Assembly: GCA_964593235.1 (NCBI GenBank)
Contig: CAZQGS010000033.1
Span: 99,071 to 163,070 of the forward strand
Length of the DNA stretch: 64,000 nucleotides
Direction of reading: 5' to 3'
From: an uncultured Gemmatimonadota bacterium
Lineage (GTDB): Bacteria; JAAXHH01
The translations under genes and the position numbers were made by a program. A model generated the notes under the pieces. That model searched no databases and was not told the DNA's origin. It saw nothing but the letters and a program-made list of their open reading frames with translations. Shown in pieces: positions 50,495-60,282 of this stretch. Each line of letters begins with the position of its first letter. Positions within the stretch are counted from its first letter, which is position 1.

Positions 50495-51046
50495 TGCCTC
50501 GGGATCTTCCCAAAATTTTTCTAATTCTACACCGAGGCCATCTACGGTTCGATTACACCAGGCAAAAAACCCAGTGATCTGGTTAATCTCTAAAATAGCT
50601 TTATCTTCAAATCCACTGTCCCTAAGCTGGTCAATATCAGCTTGGGTAATCGAGGCTGGTGCTATTGTAAGTTTTCTTACATAATCTAACATACTTCGGT
50701 TAGGTACGTCTAATTTTGCTTTGCGGTAATCCATTTTAATCTGATTTACTAGTTCTTTATCGCCAATTTCTCTGAGGAGCCCCTCCCCATGATGACGTAT
50801 TCAGTATTCACACTCATTGAGAGCAGAGACAGTTACTGCTATCATTTCCTTTTGACCTAGGGAGATATCGCAGTCTCCGTGCATTACTCCCTTATAAAAA
50901 CTATTAAGGGCCCGAAGTGCAGATACGTTCAAACTATGGGCTTTGATTATGTTATCAACTCCTCCCCAAGAACGCATCGAATTCTGATAAATTTTGTTCA
51001 ATGGACCTTTTGCTTCTTTTTCATCAACTGTGCGTATCCAGGCCAT
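50483..51046 (-). CDS. AhpD/carboxymuconolactone-decarboxylase-family peroxidase-related protein; candidate selenoprotein with an in-frame UGA (Sec) at 50801..50803
   Basis: Two ORF-track pieces (50801..51046 and 50483..50734) are in the same frame and separated only by one TGA. The read-through translation gives ...VSALNECEY-U-IRHHGEGL..., placing U at the second Cys of the family CxxC(x3)H motif. There is a GAGGAG RBS before ATG 51046 and a stem-loop 12 nt downstream of the UGA. Confidence 0.6.
50761..50797 (-). other. candidate bacterial SECIS stem-loop downstream of UGA
   Basis: Minus-strand RNA CGUCA-UCAU-[GGGGAG-GGG-CUCCUC]-AGAGAAAU-UGGCG. The inner element is a 6-bp stem with a GGG apical loop starting 13 nt after UGA, inside a 5-bp outer stem. 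Confidence 0.35.
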
Positions 51047-51067
51047 TTCTATCTCCTCTGATTTTGG

Positions 51068-51916
51068 CTATAAATCGAAGTGTTTGCGCATTCGGGTTAC
51101 AGCTAATTTTTCCTCTTTACTTAATGACTCTAGTTCATACTCTTCGTCTGTAATCTGTTTTTTGTATTCTTCAAAGGGAAGACCTTCCTTGCCTGTTTCA
51201 TTAAAATAGCTGCTGAGTTGGAACCGTTGAAAAATATTCATTCGGGGATAATCCTGTGTCCATTCAGCTGCATCATGTAGTAAGTTAGTTGAAAAAATAA
51301 TAACATCACCCGCATCCATCGGTATAGTAATTGACACAGGTGGGTAGTTGCCAACTCTAAGTTTATCAGGGGTTTGGAAGGCTGATTTATGGCTGCCAGG
51401 TACAAGACTGAAACCTGTTCCAGGAGGGATTGGTACTAATGCTATCCAAGTTGCTATGTGGCTACAGTAGATTTCCCCACCCGCAGTTTGGTAATCATTA
51501 TGAGGGTTTCGAAATCCGAGAGGAAACTTTATACCGCTATCATCCCGATGATAAGTTTGATGATTTTCACTATTAGGATTACTCTTTTCCATTTTTGTGA
51601 AATTACAGTGAAATAAACGAGGAAGGCCCATTGTTAGTCCAGCAATAATCCGAATAATGTCGGGGTTTACGTTCAACTCCTGAAAAAGCTGGTGCCCATA
51701 TTGGATATGATCTAGATGAGTTTTGTAGGGCTCCTGTCTATGTCTAGATACAGGTGCCGGAATTTCAGTTTCATCAACACTCAACCAGCTATTAATGACG
51801 TCCAAAATAGGCAGCAAATGATCTGGTTGGATCACACCTCGTAAATGGAGGAATCCCTGTAGGTCGAAAAGCCATTTTTCGTTATCGGTCAATAAATGAG
51901 TATAGTCGGATGGCAT
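51068..51916 (-). CDS. phytanoyl-CoA dioxygenase (PhyH) family oxygenase
   Basis: YHRDDSG (HxD), PGSHK and LLHDA motifs. Immediately upstream of the AhpD-like gene in the same operon. Confidence 0.7.
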   Translation of the reverse strand: MPSDYTHLLTDNEKWLFDLQGFLHLRGVIQPDHLLPILDVINSWLSVDETEIPAPVSRHRQEPYKTHLDHIQYGHQLFQELNVNPDIIRIIAGLTMGLPRLFHCNFTKMEKSNPNSENHQTYHRDDSGIKFPLGFRNPHNDYQTAGGEIYCSHIATWIALVPIPPGTGFSLVPGSHKSAFQTPDKLRVGNYPPVSITIPMDAGDVIIFSTNLLHDAAEWTQDYPRMNIFQRFQLSSYFNETGKEGLPFEEYKKQITDEEYELESLSKEEKLAVTRMRKHFDL

Positions 51917-52069
51917 TTAGTCCTCTACAACTTGGTATACTGTTTAAAAGTGGATATAAGTGCCTCGATTTTATATTGTGTCTCGTTTACTATCAGAAAT
52001 CGAAATGGATTTCCTTAACAGCTTAGTCCATCACCAGTGGAAAACAGAATTTACATTAAACTCTACTTA

Positions 52070-52870
52070 TTACCTACCCATCCAACCACCGTCAACAGTT
52101 ATTATAGACCCGTTGACATAATTGGATGCATCCGAGCAGAGGTAAACTGCCGCTCCTTTGAGGTCCTCCGGAATTCCCCAGCGCTCCGCTGGGATCCTAT
52201 CAGAGATAGCCTGAGATCTAACTGGATCAGTTTGAAGAGCTGAAGTAAGGTCCGTCATAATATATCCAGGAGCAATAGCATTAACGTTAACACCCTGCGA
52301 AGCCCATTCATTAGCAAGAGCGCTGGTAAGTTGTGCTATGGCTCCCTTAGAGGCAGAATAACTAGGAACTGTTATTCCCCCTTGGAAACTCAATACAGAA
52401 GCGGTAAACAAAATTTTCCCTTTACCTCGTGCTATCATGTCCCTACCAATTTCTCTACTTAAGACAAACGGTGCATTTAAGTTGACGTTAATTACTGTAT
52501 CCCAGTAATCATCTGGATGTTCAGCTGCCGGAGCCCGAAGAGTAAGTCCTGCATTATTAACAAGAATATCAATTATAGGAAAATTGGTCTTTACTTTATT
52601 AATAAATTTGTAAAGATCTTCTCTATTATTTAGGTCTGCATTAAAACCACTGAATTCTTGCCCAATTGACCTGATCGATCGTTCGATATCACTACCAGAT
52701 TCCTCAAGAGATGAACTCACCCCTATAATATCAGCTCCTGCCTCTGCAAGTCCCTCAGCTAAAGCTTTACCAATGCCCCTCCGACAACCGGTAACAAGTG
52801 CAACCTTGCCATCCAATTTAAAGGTTTCTAATATAGACATGGTTTGGTTTCCTTGGACAAATTTTTTCAA
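52070..52870 (-). CDS. SDR family oxidoreductase (KduD/FabG-like)
   Basis: VTGCRRGIGKALA glycine motif, NNAG, and a S...Y..K catalytic triad pattern. Confidence 0.8.
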   Translation of the reverse strand: MKKFVQGNQTMSILETFKLDGKVALVTGCRRGIGKALAEGLAEAGADIIGVSSSLEESGSDIERSIRSIGQEFSGFNADLNNREDLYKFINKVKTNFPIIDILVNNAGLTLRAPAAEHPDDYWDTVINVNLNAPFVLSREIGRDMIARGKGKILFTASVLSFQGGITVPSYSASKGAIAQLTSALANEWASQGVNVNAIAPGYIMTDLTSALQTDPVRSQAISDRIPAERWGIPEDLKGAAVYLCSDASNYVNGSIITVDGGWMGR

Positions 52871-52940
52871 TAAAATATGCTAAGAGTTAAGTAGTAGTCG
52901 ACAATAAGTTAATCTCTACTCAATTTGTCAAATAAGTTTT

Positions 52941-53684
52941 ATGGCTGTATCTTCTGGAATAACTTTAGCTAATTTATATTGGATAGGAGGTAACGTGGTT
53001 ATTGAAGAACTAAATTTTATGTGCAGGTCCTTAAATTCAAATAATCATTATTGGGAACAGGGCATATTCCCTGAATGGACAAAATTAAATTGTTACCGGC
53101 ACTACCCCGACGGAGAGATTGGGACTGGAGTGGAGCCTCATTATCATGATAATGATGAGATCTGGTTATTTACAGCGGGCTGGGGTGAAGTATATTTAGA
53201 TGGGATCAAGTTTGATATTACGCCTAATACCTTGGTGTACACGCCCATGGGTTGCGTACACCAATTTCAGATGTTCTCCGACTATGAAAATAATGCTCTA
53301 GTGACAGGATTGGAAAGAAAACAAAGAAAGGGGCACCTTACAATCAGAGCCAACGGACAACCCGAACCTACTGTTCCAGGTTTTGTGATTCCCGGGGACT
53401 CTAACACTGGGCCGATCCCCAGTCATAGTAATCGGAGCCCTATTGTTGAATGGCGACTTCAGAAGAATGAAGAGGTCAATAACTTGGAAGTTTCAGATCT
53501 AAAACAGCATGAACATTGGATGGTTTTGGAAGGGACCTTATCTTTGATTCTTAATGGCCGGGCTTTTTTTCTTGACCCAGGGGATATCGCACTAATCCGC
53601 TCCGGGGTCAATCGTAAAATATCCACGACAGATCCTAATTTTCGGGCTGTTGTCTTACGTGAAAATTTGGGTAAAGCAGTTTAG
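52941..53684 (+). CDS. bicupin-domain protein
   Basis: Two cupin-like modules (HYHDNDEIWLF...GCVHQF and HEHWMVLEGTL...GDIALIRSG). Confidence 0.45.
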   Translation: MAVSSGITLANLYWIGGNVVIEELNFMCRSLNSNNHYWEQGIFPEWTKLNCYRHYPDGEIGTGVEPHYHDNDEIWLFTAGWGEVYLDGIKFDITPNTLVYTPMGCVHQFQMFSDYENNALVTGLERKQRKGHLTIRANGQPEPTVPGFVIPGDSNTGPIPSHSNRSPIVEWRLQKNEEVNNLEVSDLKQHEHWMVLEGTLSLILNGRAFFLDPGDIALIRSGVNRKISTTDPNFRAVVLRENLGKAV

Positions 53685-54664
53685 TAATCTGTTGTTGCCT
53701 GGTAAATTTCGTCCAACCAGACCGTCATTTCAGCTGTTATATCATTATGAGGGACAATTTGACCTGACATCAGCCAGGGCCAGGCTCCACTATCTAATTG
53801 CTTGTCTATAAGATTATCACCAACCTTTATAGCCATGTCTAGGTATTTGTTTTGTTTTGTAAGCGTATATAGCAGTCCTGCAGCCCAGCCAACTTTTCCT
53901 GCTCGCAGGAGTTTAAAATGATAATCCCCCACATATTCGCAGAAAAGCATGTACTCTTGGGCTAGATCCAACCATTTGGATTCCTCTGTTGCCATGTAAA
54001 GCTGGCAGAGGAATCCAGCCGCGATACCAGGATGATAGAAAGATTGATCTCGTGATTCATCTCGGGTCAGCACATATCTAAAATCATCTCCATTTTTGAC
54101 CTCAGTTATTAGACCAATTTTGGCGTCAAAAACCGTCCATAACTCCGAAGGATAATTAGGCTGGCTTATCATGATTTCCTGTAGCCAATTACCGTTCCCC
54201 TAGGCAATATCAAATCGTCCTGTTTAAATCGAGGCCCATCCATTTCCACTCACGACCCTAAGGTCTTGTTCATTGCTAGTAAGGTTCTTAGTTAAATGAG
54301 AATAGAATCCCCCACTAGAACTATCCTGGTAGGTAAGAAGAAAATCCATTCCCCGATTAGCGATATCAAAGGCACCGTTACGACAGGCTCCTTTGATTAC
54401 CCAAGTATTGTAGTAAGTGTAGTAGTAACTATTTAAATCTGTTTCTGGACGAGGTCCAAAATCTCCATTCGGTAAGAACTCATTCCGCCTTATCCAGTCG
54501 AGGAGTTTATTTGCTGCTGCAGAGAATCCACAAACTAAAAGTGCAGATGGAACCTTATAGTATTCAGTGATGCCAAGTGTGGGGTCTCCAAAACGACCAT
54601 CATTCCGAATTTGCCTAAGGAGGAAAGCACCACCTCGATCTCTAGCATCACTAAAACGATTCAC
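53681..54664 (-). pseudogene. prenyltransferase/squalene-cyclase-repeat (alpha/alpha-toroid) gene interrupted by in-frame TAA (54224..54226) and TAG (54200..54202)
   Basis: Two same-frame ORFs of 146 aa and 163 aa both carry Q..D(S)GG(F/W) PFTB-like repeats (YQDSSSGGFYSHL; DKQLDSGAWPW). They are separated by 54 nt that contain two stop codons. Confidence 0.4.
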
Positions 54665-54705
54665 AGAAACCTCTCCTCATGATATTTATTAGAAGTAATA
54701 AGGCA

Positions 54706-55233
54706 CTACGAGTTACCAAAAATCACTGACGCTCCAACACCAATCCAATTCCAATTTTTGGATGATAAACTAACCCGTCCTAGTACGTTAAATCGACCAA
54801 TTAACAGCCCGATTCCGGGTGAAACTTCAAACTTATTAGGCCCTGAAAATAAAAACTTCTTTTCTTTGAGCCCATTTTTAAACACTCCTGCTGTGCCTTG
54901 AACAAAAAATATTTTAGTTGGGAAATATCGAAGACCTGCCCTGTAAATAGCGCCTCCTATATTATCCTTTATATTGAACTGGTTGTTTGGTTCTTCAGTA
55001 GGACTATCAAACCGGATAAAGCCTGCGGAAGCAATTAATTGGTAGTCATAATTTAACCAATATGTCAGAGCTAGAGAAACCCCATACCCATGATCTGTAT
55101 CATCCAGATTGAAAAAGTTACCATTAGGAAAGACATATTCGCCATTTAATGATAGATTAACTTGACTATGAACTGATTGTCCATAACAGCCCAAAATGAT
55201 TAAGAAAAAAAGAGATCTTATAACTAGAACCAA
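54706..55233 (-). CDS. outer-membrane beta-barrel protein (OmpW/OmpA-barrel-like)
   Basis: Signal peptide followed by alternating hydrophobic beta-strand pattern with aromatic girdle residues. 175 aa. Confidence 0.45.
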   Translation of the reverse strand: MVLVIRSLFFLIILGCYGQSVHSQVNLSLNGEYVFPNGNFFNLDDTDHGYGVSLALTYWLNYDYQLIASAGFIRFDSPTEEPNNQFNIKDNIGGAIYRAGLRYFPTKIFFVQGTAGVFKNGLKEKKFLFSGPNKFEVSPGIGLLIGRFNVLGRVSLSSKNWNWIGVGASVIFGNS

Positions 55234-55436
55234 ATGTTCCGTCTCCCGATATGTTTAGTCTAGATTGGAGTAAATTACTCAAAGTAGATACATAGATGAG
55301 GCTTAATTGTCAAGTTCGGCTCAATGCTTTAAGTAGTTTTATATAATTATGTTTTATTAGCTTTTTGTTTGTAATTTTTACACTTTGTATTTATTTTAGA
55401 AACCTCAATTTTGAGCTAAATCTTTGGAGCATACCT

Positions 55437-55844
55437 ATGTCGTTAACACTTAATTCTAATAAGATTACAAATGGAATAAGAGTAAGGGTATCGCCTAGTT
55501 ACCTGCCTGAACACTCTGATCCAGATCAGAAACAATTTATTTTTGGATATAGGATAGTAATCACCAACGAAAGTGACAATTGGGTGAAACTCATTAACAG
55601 GCATTGGATCATTATTAATGCTGATGGAAAGCGAAGTGAGGTAAGGGGACCTGGTGTTGTGGGTTTACAGCCAGAGCTTGAACCTGGGGATTCGCATGAA
55701 TACCAAAGTCTTTGTCCTCTTGATACCGAATGGGGAACTATGGAAGGGGAATATGAAATGAAGGATAAAAATGGGGACCTGTTCAAAGTAGAAGTAGGTC
55801 GATTTTATTTAGCTATGACATCAGAGGGAATTAACGCGAGTTAG
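55437..55844 (+). CDS. apaG: ApaG-domain protein
   Basis: RVRVSP.YLPEHSDP...FIFGYRIVITNESD...WIIINADGKRSEVRGPGVVGLQPEL.PGDSHEYQS matches the ApaG/DUF525 signature. Start at ATG 55437. Confidence 0.7.
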   Translation: MSLTLNSNKITNGIRVRVSPSYLPEHSDPDQKQFIFGYRIVITNESDNWVKLINRHWIIINADGKRSEVRGPGVVGLQPELEPGDSHEYQSLCPLDTEWGTMEGEYEMKDKNGDLFKVEVGRFYLAMTSEGINAS

Positions 55845-55902
55845 TTTAACCGTAGGTGCTGATAGAAATAGATGAGAAAGATAAAATGAATGGAGTGGTG
55901 AA

Positions 55903-57330
55903 ATGGCAAAAATGTTGACCTCTCAAACAGATGATTTTTCTGGGTGGTATAATGAGGTAATTGCAAAAGCTGAACTGGCTGATAATGCGCCAACTCGAGG
56001 TTCAATGGTTATACGGCCTTATGGTTATACGTTATGGGAGAATATGGTAGCTGAACTAGACAAAATGTTTAAGGCAACCGGACATGTTAACGCGTATTTC
56101 CCTTTACTTATTCCAGAAAGTTTTTTTCAAAAAGAAGCAGAACATGTTGAGGGGTTTTCCCCAGAATGTGCTGTGGTAACACATGGTGGTGGAAAAAAAT
56201 TGGAAGAAAATCTTTTGGTTCGACCCACATCTGAAACCATTATTGCAGATATGTATGCTAAGTGGATACAATCATACAGAGACCTTCCCCTACTTATTAA
56301 CCAATGGGCGAACGTTTTCCGATGGGAATTACGACCCCGAGCTTTTCTCCGTACTACGGAATTCCTTTGGCAGGAGGGACATACTGCTCACGCAACCGAA
56401 GACGAAGCACAGGAGGAAACACTTCGTATTCTAGATATCTATAGAAAATTTGCCGAAGAATTTATGGCAATTCCTGTTTTATATGGACCTAAAACGGAGG
56501 CCGAAAAATTTCCTGGTGCACTTCAAACATATACTATTGAAGGAATGATGAAGGACGGAAAAGCACTTCAAATGGGGACCTCACACAACCTCGGCCAAAA
56601 TTTTTCGCGGGCATTTAACATAGATTTTCAAAATCAGAATGGTTCTAGAGATTACGTATATCAAACTAGTTGGGGTATGAGTACTCGTACGGTAGGAGCT
56701 ATTATTATGGCTCATGGCGATGACAAAGGGTTGGTGCTTCCTCCTCAATTAGCTCCTCATCAAGTGGTTGTCATACCGATAGCAAAAACAGATGCCGAAA
56801 AAACGGCAGTTAGTAGCGTACTTGATGAACTTACGAGATCCCTCGATAATATACGGGTTAAAATTGATGACCGAGATCAGTTTGGCTTGGGTTGGAAGTT
56901 TACAGAGTGGGAAACCAAAGGAGTTCCTGTACGCGTAGAACTCGGTCCTCGTGATCTATCTTCAAAGCAGGCTGTAGTCGTTCGTAGAGATACTGGTGAA
57001 AAAAATTCTGTTCCCCTTTCATCTCTTAGTAATTATATCAAGGAGTTGCTAAACAATATTCAGAAAGATATGTTTACGCGGGCAAAATTATACCGGAAAG
57101 ATCATTCCCTAGAAATTAAAGATCGAGATTCTTTTGTAGAAAATACACGTAATAAGGGAGGTTTTATACACTCTTTTTGGTGTGGTGATCCTGCCTGTGA
57201 AACATTAATCAAGGAAGAAACAAAGAATACAATTAGATGTATCCCCATGGACTGGGATGTTGACAATGGTTCCTGCGTGTATTGTGGTCGCGATTCAAAA
57301 AAACAAGTTGTTTTTGCTCAAGCATATTAG
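55903..57330 (+). CDS. proS: prolyl-tRNA synthetase, archaeal/eukaryotic-like type
   Basis: Class II motifs are present: FRWE..RPRAFLRTTEF (motif 2) and GMSTR motif 3 (context GMSTRTVGAIIM). The anticodon-binding domain and C-terminal Zn domain end in the conserved terminal Tyr (…FAQAY). Confidence 0.9.
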   Translation: MAKMLTSQTDDFSGWYNEVIAKAELADNAPTRGSMVIRPYGYTLWENMVAELDKMFKATGHVNAYFPLLIPESFFQKEAEHVEGFSPECAVVTHGGGKKLEENLLVRPTSETIIADMYAKWIQSYRDLPLLINQWANVFRWELRPRAFLRTTEFLWQEGHTAHATEDEAQEETLRILDIYRKFAEEFMAIPVLYGPKTEAEKFPGALQTYTIEGMMKDGKALQMGTSHNLGQNFSRAFNIDFQNQNGSRDYVYQTSWGMSTRTVGAIIMAHGDDKGLVLPPQLAPHQVVVIPIAKTDAEKTAVSSVLDELTRSLDNIRVKIDDRDQFGLGWKFTEWETKGVPVRVELGPRDLSSKQAVVVRRDTGEKNSVPLSSLSNYIKELLNNIQKDMFTRAKLYRKDHSLEIKDRDSFVENTRNKGGFIHSFWCGDPACETLIKEETKNTIRCIPMDWDVDNGSCVYCGRDSKKQVVFAQAY

Positions 57331-57381
57331 CCTGCTTCTTGCAAGAGACTAGCTCTTTTCCGGATTTTGAAAAAGTAAAAA

Positions 57382-59016
57382 TTAATTTTCGGTCAATCCT
57401 AGAACTTCCATCGCTGCGTTGCGTCCATTAATAGCAATTACACTCCCACCAGGATGAGTACAGGCCCCACAAAGGTACACTCCCGACATTGGTGTTTTTG
57501 ATTCCAATCGCCGATCCCACATATAAGATGGTAGTATTTCCCCTTGAAAAATATGACCTCCAGTTAGCCCAACTTTTGCCTCGATATCTGGGGGGCCCAT
57601 AACATCCATATCCAAAACAACATCTGGGATGTTGCTGCAATACCGGGCTAGCGATTCAAGTGCAACATGTCCAACTTCATCTCGATGAGAGTCCCAGTTT
57701 CCTTTTGCAAAGGAGTAAGGTACAAATTGTGCAAATATACTCATGGTGTGCTTCCCCGGTGGTGCTACACTAGGATCGTGGGCTGTGTGAAAATATAATT
57801 CTTCCCATAAACGTGGTGGTAAAATTCCTGACTTAGCCATTAGGTGGTAATTACGCCATTCTTCAGCTGAAATTGGAATGTTGATTTGACCTTTATGGTG
57901 GTTTTCATTAGTTCCAGGCCGACTAGTAAAGTTAGGTAATTGGCTGAGAGCAACGTTTATTTTGACTGTTGCTCCGACTTGAGGTATGGATTCAACCCGA
58001 TTCTTCCATATTAAATCACAGTGTTCACCAAGAAGTTGAACAGTAACCCGGGGATCTGCATTTGAGATGATAACTGGTGCCTTAATTATATCACCTCCTG
58101 CGAGTTCTACTCCCTCTTCAGGTGTTATCCTAGAGACCGGTACGCCAGCAGCGACGGTAGCTCCCAAATCTCGAGCTATATCGCAGAGGATAAATGATAT
58201 CATACCCATTCCACCTTGAACATATCCCCACATACCAGGCATGCCATCCATGTTCCCCATTGAATGGAAAACATGAATTGATGCTGTCCCTGGTTCATAA
58301 GGACTAGCATTTGTTCCGATAACTCCTTGCCCCATGAGCGCCGTACGTAATCGATCGTCTTCAAGGTATCTTTCCAGATATTCTATCATTGACCATTCGA
58401 AAAGTAACTCTATTGCTTCCTTGTCACCGTTAAGTCGGTCTTCGATCTGTTCGCGTGTCGGCGGTCTTCCAATCCAAACATCTGAGTTACCGGAAGAGCG
58501 TAGGGCTTCACGGATCCGCTTTAAGGGCCTGTACATAGCTTCTATACCAATTACATCGTTGGGTGAAAATTTAGATATTTCTTCTCGGCATAGGTTTTCA
58601 TCTTCCCACAATTGTATACTTGATCCATCTTCAAATGGAACGAACATCCCTGATTTCGCAGGCATCCATTGATAGCCATATTCACCAAAACCAAGCTCTT
58701 TTATAACCAGTGGATGGAGTAAACCCGCGAGATAAGCACATGGGGAAAGGGTATAACCAGGCCAAGTTTGTTCAAGTGTACAGGCACCCCCAACCCGTTC
58801 TTTGGCCTCTAGAACTAAAACCTTCTTGCCTGCACGAGCTAGGTAGGCGGCACAGGTTAACCCATTATGACCCGCTCCAACAATTATAGCATCCCATTTT
58901 TGAGATGATAAGGTAGATATTGGGGCAGGTAGGCCAATAAGGCCCCAGTTGTCCCTGGCTAAACGACTGGGATATTTTTTTTCTTGAAAATCAATTTTAT
59001 TTAGGTTGTTACTCAT
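57382..59016 (-). CDS. FAD-dependent oxidoreductase, phytoene-desaturase (CrtI)-related family
   Basis: DAIIVGAGHNGLTCAAYLARAGKKVLVLE dinucleotide-binding motif. 544 aa. Confidence 0.7.
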   Translation of the reverse strand: MSNNLNKIDFQEKKYPSRLARDNWGLIGLPAPISTLSSQKWDAIIVGAGHNGLTCAAYLARAGKKVLVLEAKERVGGACTLEQTWPGYTLSPCAYLAGLLHPLVIKELGFGEYGYQWMPAKSGMFVPFEDGSSIQLWEDENLCREEISKFSPNDVIGIEAMYRPLKRIREALRSSGNSDVWIGRPPTREQIEDRLNGDKEAIELLFEWSMIEYLERYLEDDRLRTALMGQGVIGTNASPYEPGTASIHVFHSMGNMDGMPGMWGYVQGGMGMISFILCDIARDLGATVAAGVPVSRITPEEGVELAGGDIIKAPVIISNADPRVTVQLLGEHCDLIWKNRVESIPQVGATVKINVALSQLPNFTSRPGTNENHHKGQINIPISAEEWRNYHLMAKSGILPPRLWEELYFHTAHDPSVAPPGKHTMSIFAQFVPYSFAKGNWDSHRDEVGHVALESLARYCSNIPDVVLDMDVMGPPDIEAKVGLTGGHIFQGEILPSYMWDRRLESKTPMSGVYLCGACTHPGGSVIAINGRNAAMEVLGLTEN

Positions 59017-59133
59017 AGTGATTAATTAAGTAGTTTGGGTTTGGCAGTCAAACTTGGTTTTCTGAATCAGGATACTTTGAAGTTAAATAGTTTTCATATT
59101 TTTATATTTTTATATAGCCGTTTCAGAGTTCCC

Positions 59134-60252
59134 TTAAATAAGATTAGGTAATAATGGATGATCTCGATTTTCAAGCGGAAGGGCGGTACGAGTTTCAGAT
59201 AAATGGGAAGCATAAATCCCGTGTATCATTTCTAATGCCCATCGACCATCATAGCCACTGTTGATAGGCCTTCGGCCATCTCGCCTTGCTTCGAAAATAT
59301 CTCGAACAATAGCAACATTCGCAGTATCTTGTAGGAAACTTTGGGAAGGTTGCTCAGATGGCGAAAGTTGGAGAGCCTCCTTTGTTACGTCGCGAACGGG
59401 CTTGTTGCAATCAGGATGCCAGATGGGGGATTCGTAAATTCGGATCTGTTGGGATGACTCGTGGACTGTCATTATCCCTTCTGATCCATATATCCACATT
59501 CCATATCGGTTGGAATCCTGTTTTTGGTTCCGCCTTGTTTCAAAGGTTGCAGTCACACCATGCCCAAAACCATAGACCGCAAGTATAGCATCTCCTGCAA
59601 TCAATCCCAGCTCTTCCGGACCTTTTTCCACATCATCTAAGTTAATTGGTTGACCACCGGTCTTCGATACAGTTGCTTGAACCCAGATAGGATTTCTTCC
59701 TATCAGAAACCTCAACATATCAAAAAGGTGGGTTCCCAAGACCATCAGATCTTCTCCACCACCACGGTGATCTTCCTTACCCCTCATTCGTATGTTAAGA
59801 ATATCACCTATAACACCTTCAGCAAGCAACCTACGTGCAAGCGATCCAGCAAAATGCATGCGACCTTGATGGGCTATACCCATCATAACTCCTGCTTTTT
59901 CACACGCTTCAATCATAGTATCAGCTTCAGCAAGAGACCGGGCAATTGGTTTTTCCAAAAATATTGAGGCACCCGAGTCAGCAACAGCTAAGGTCATAGC
60001 TGCATGCTGGTCTAGCCATCGTGGACAGATACTGACTATATCGAACCACTCATTCCTTAGCATTTCTCTATAATCAGTATATAAATTTGTTACCCCTAGC
60101 CGTTTTCCAGCTTTCTGTAAACCTGCTGTATCGTCATCAGCAACAGCAATGATATCCACATCCTCCATTTTAAGATAAACCGTGTCAAGGCCATGCCCAT
60201 AGTTTCCTTTACCAGTACGCCCGATTATTCCAGCACGATAGCGTCTACTCAT
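59134..60252 (-). CDS. Gfo/Idh/MocA family oxidoreductase
   Basis: AGIIGRTGKGNYGHG Rossmann motif. 372 aa. Confidence 0.75.
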   Translation of the reverse strand: MSRRYRAGIIGRTGKGNYGHGLDTVYLKMEDVDIIAVADDDTAGLQKAGKRLGVTNLYTDYREMLRNEWFDIVSICPRWLDQHAAMTLAVADSGASIFLEKPIARSLAEADTMIEACEKAGVMMGIAHQGRMHFAGSLARRLLAEGVIGDILNIRMRGKEDHRGGGEDLMVLGTHLFDMLRFLIGRNPIWVQATVSKTGGQPINLDDVEKGPEELGLIAGDAILAVYGFGHGVTATFETRRNQKQDSNRYGMWIYGSEGIMTVHESSQQIRIYESPIWHPDCNKPVRDVTKEALQLSPSEQPSQSFLQDTANVAIVRDIFEARRDGRRPINSGYDGRWALEMIHGIYASHLSETRTALPLENRDHPLLPNLI

Positions 60253-60282
60253 TAAAACTTCTCCCTATATTATTAACATTTC

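Noticed and set aside
53681-54664. Possible second recoded selenoprotein or pyrrolysine gene (two same-frame ORFs).
   Set aside because: The junction contains two different stop codons, TAA and TAG, 24 nt apart. Neither is UGA and there is no redox motif, so gene decay or a genuine split is more parsimonious.
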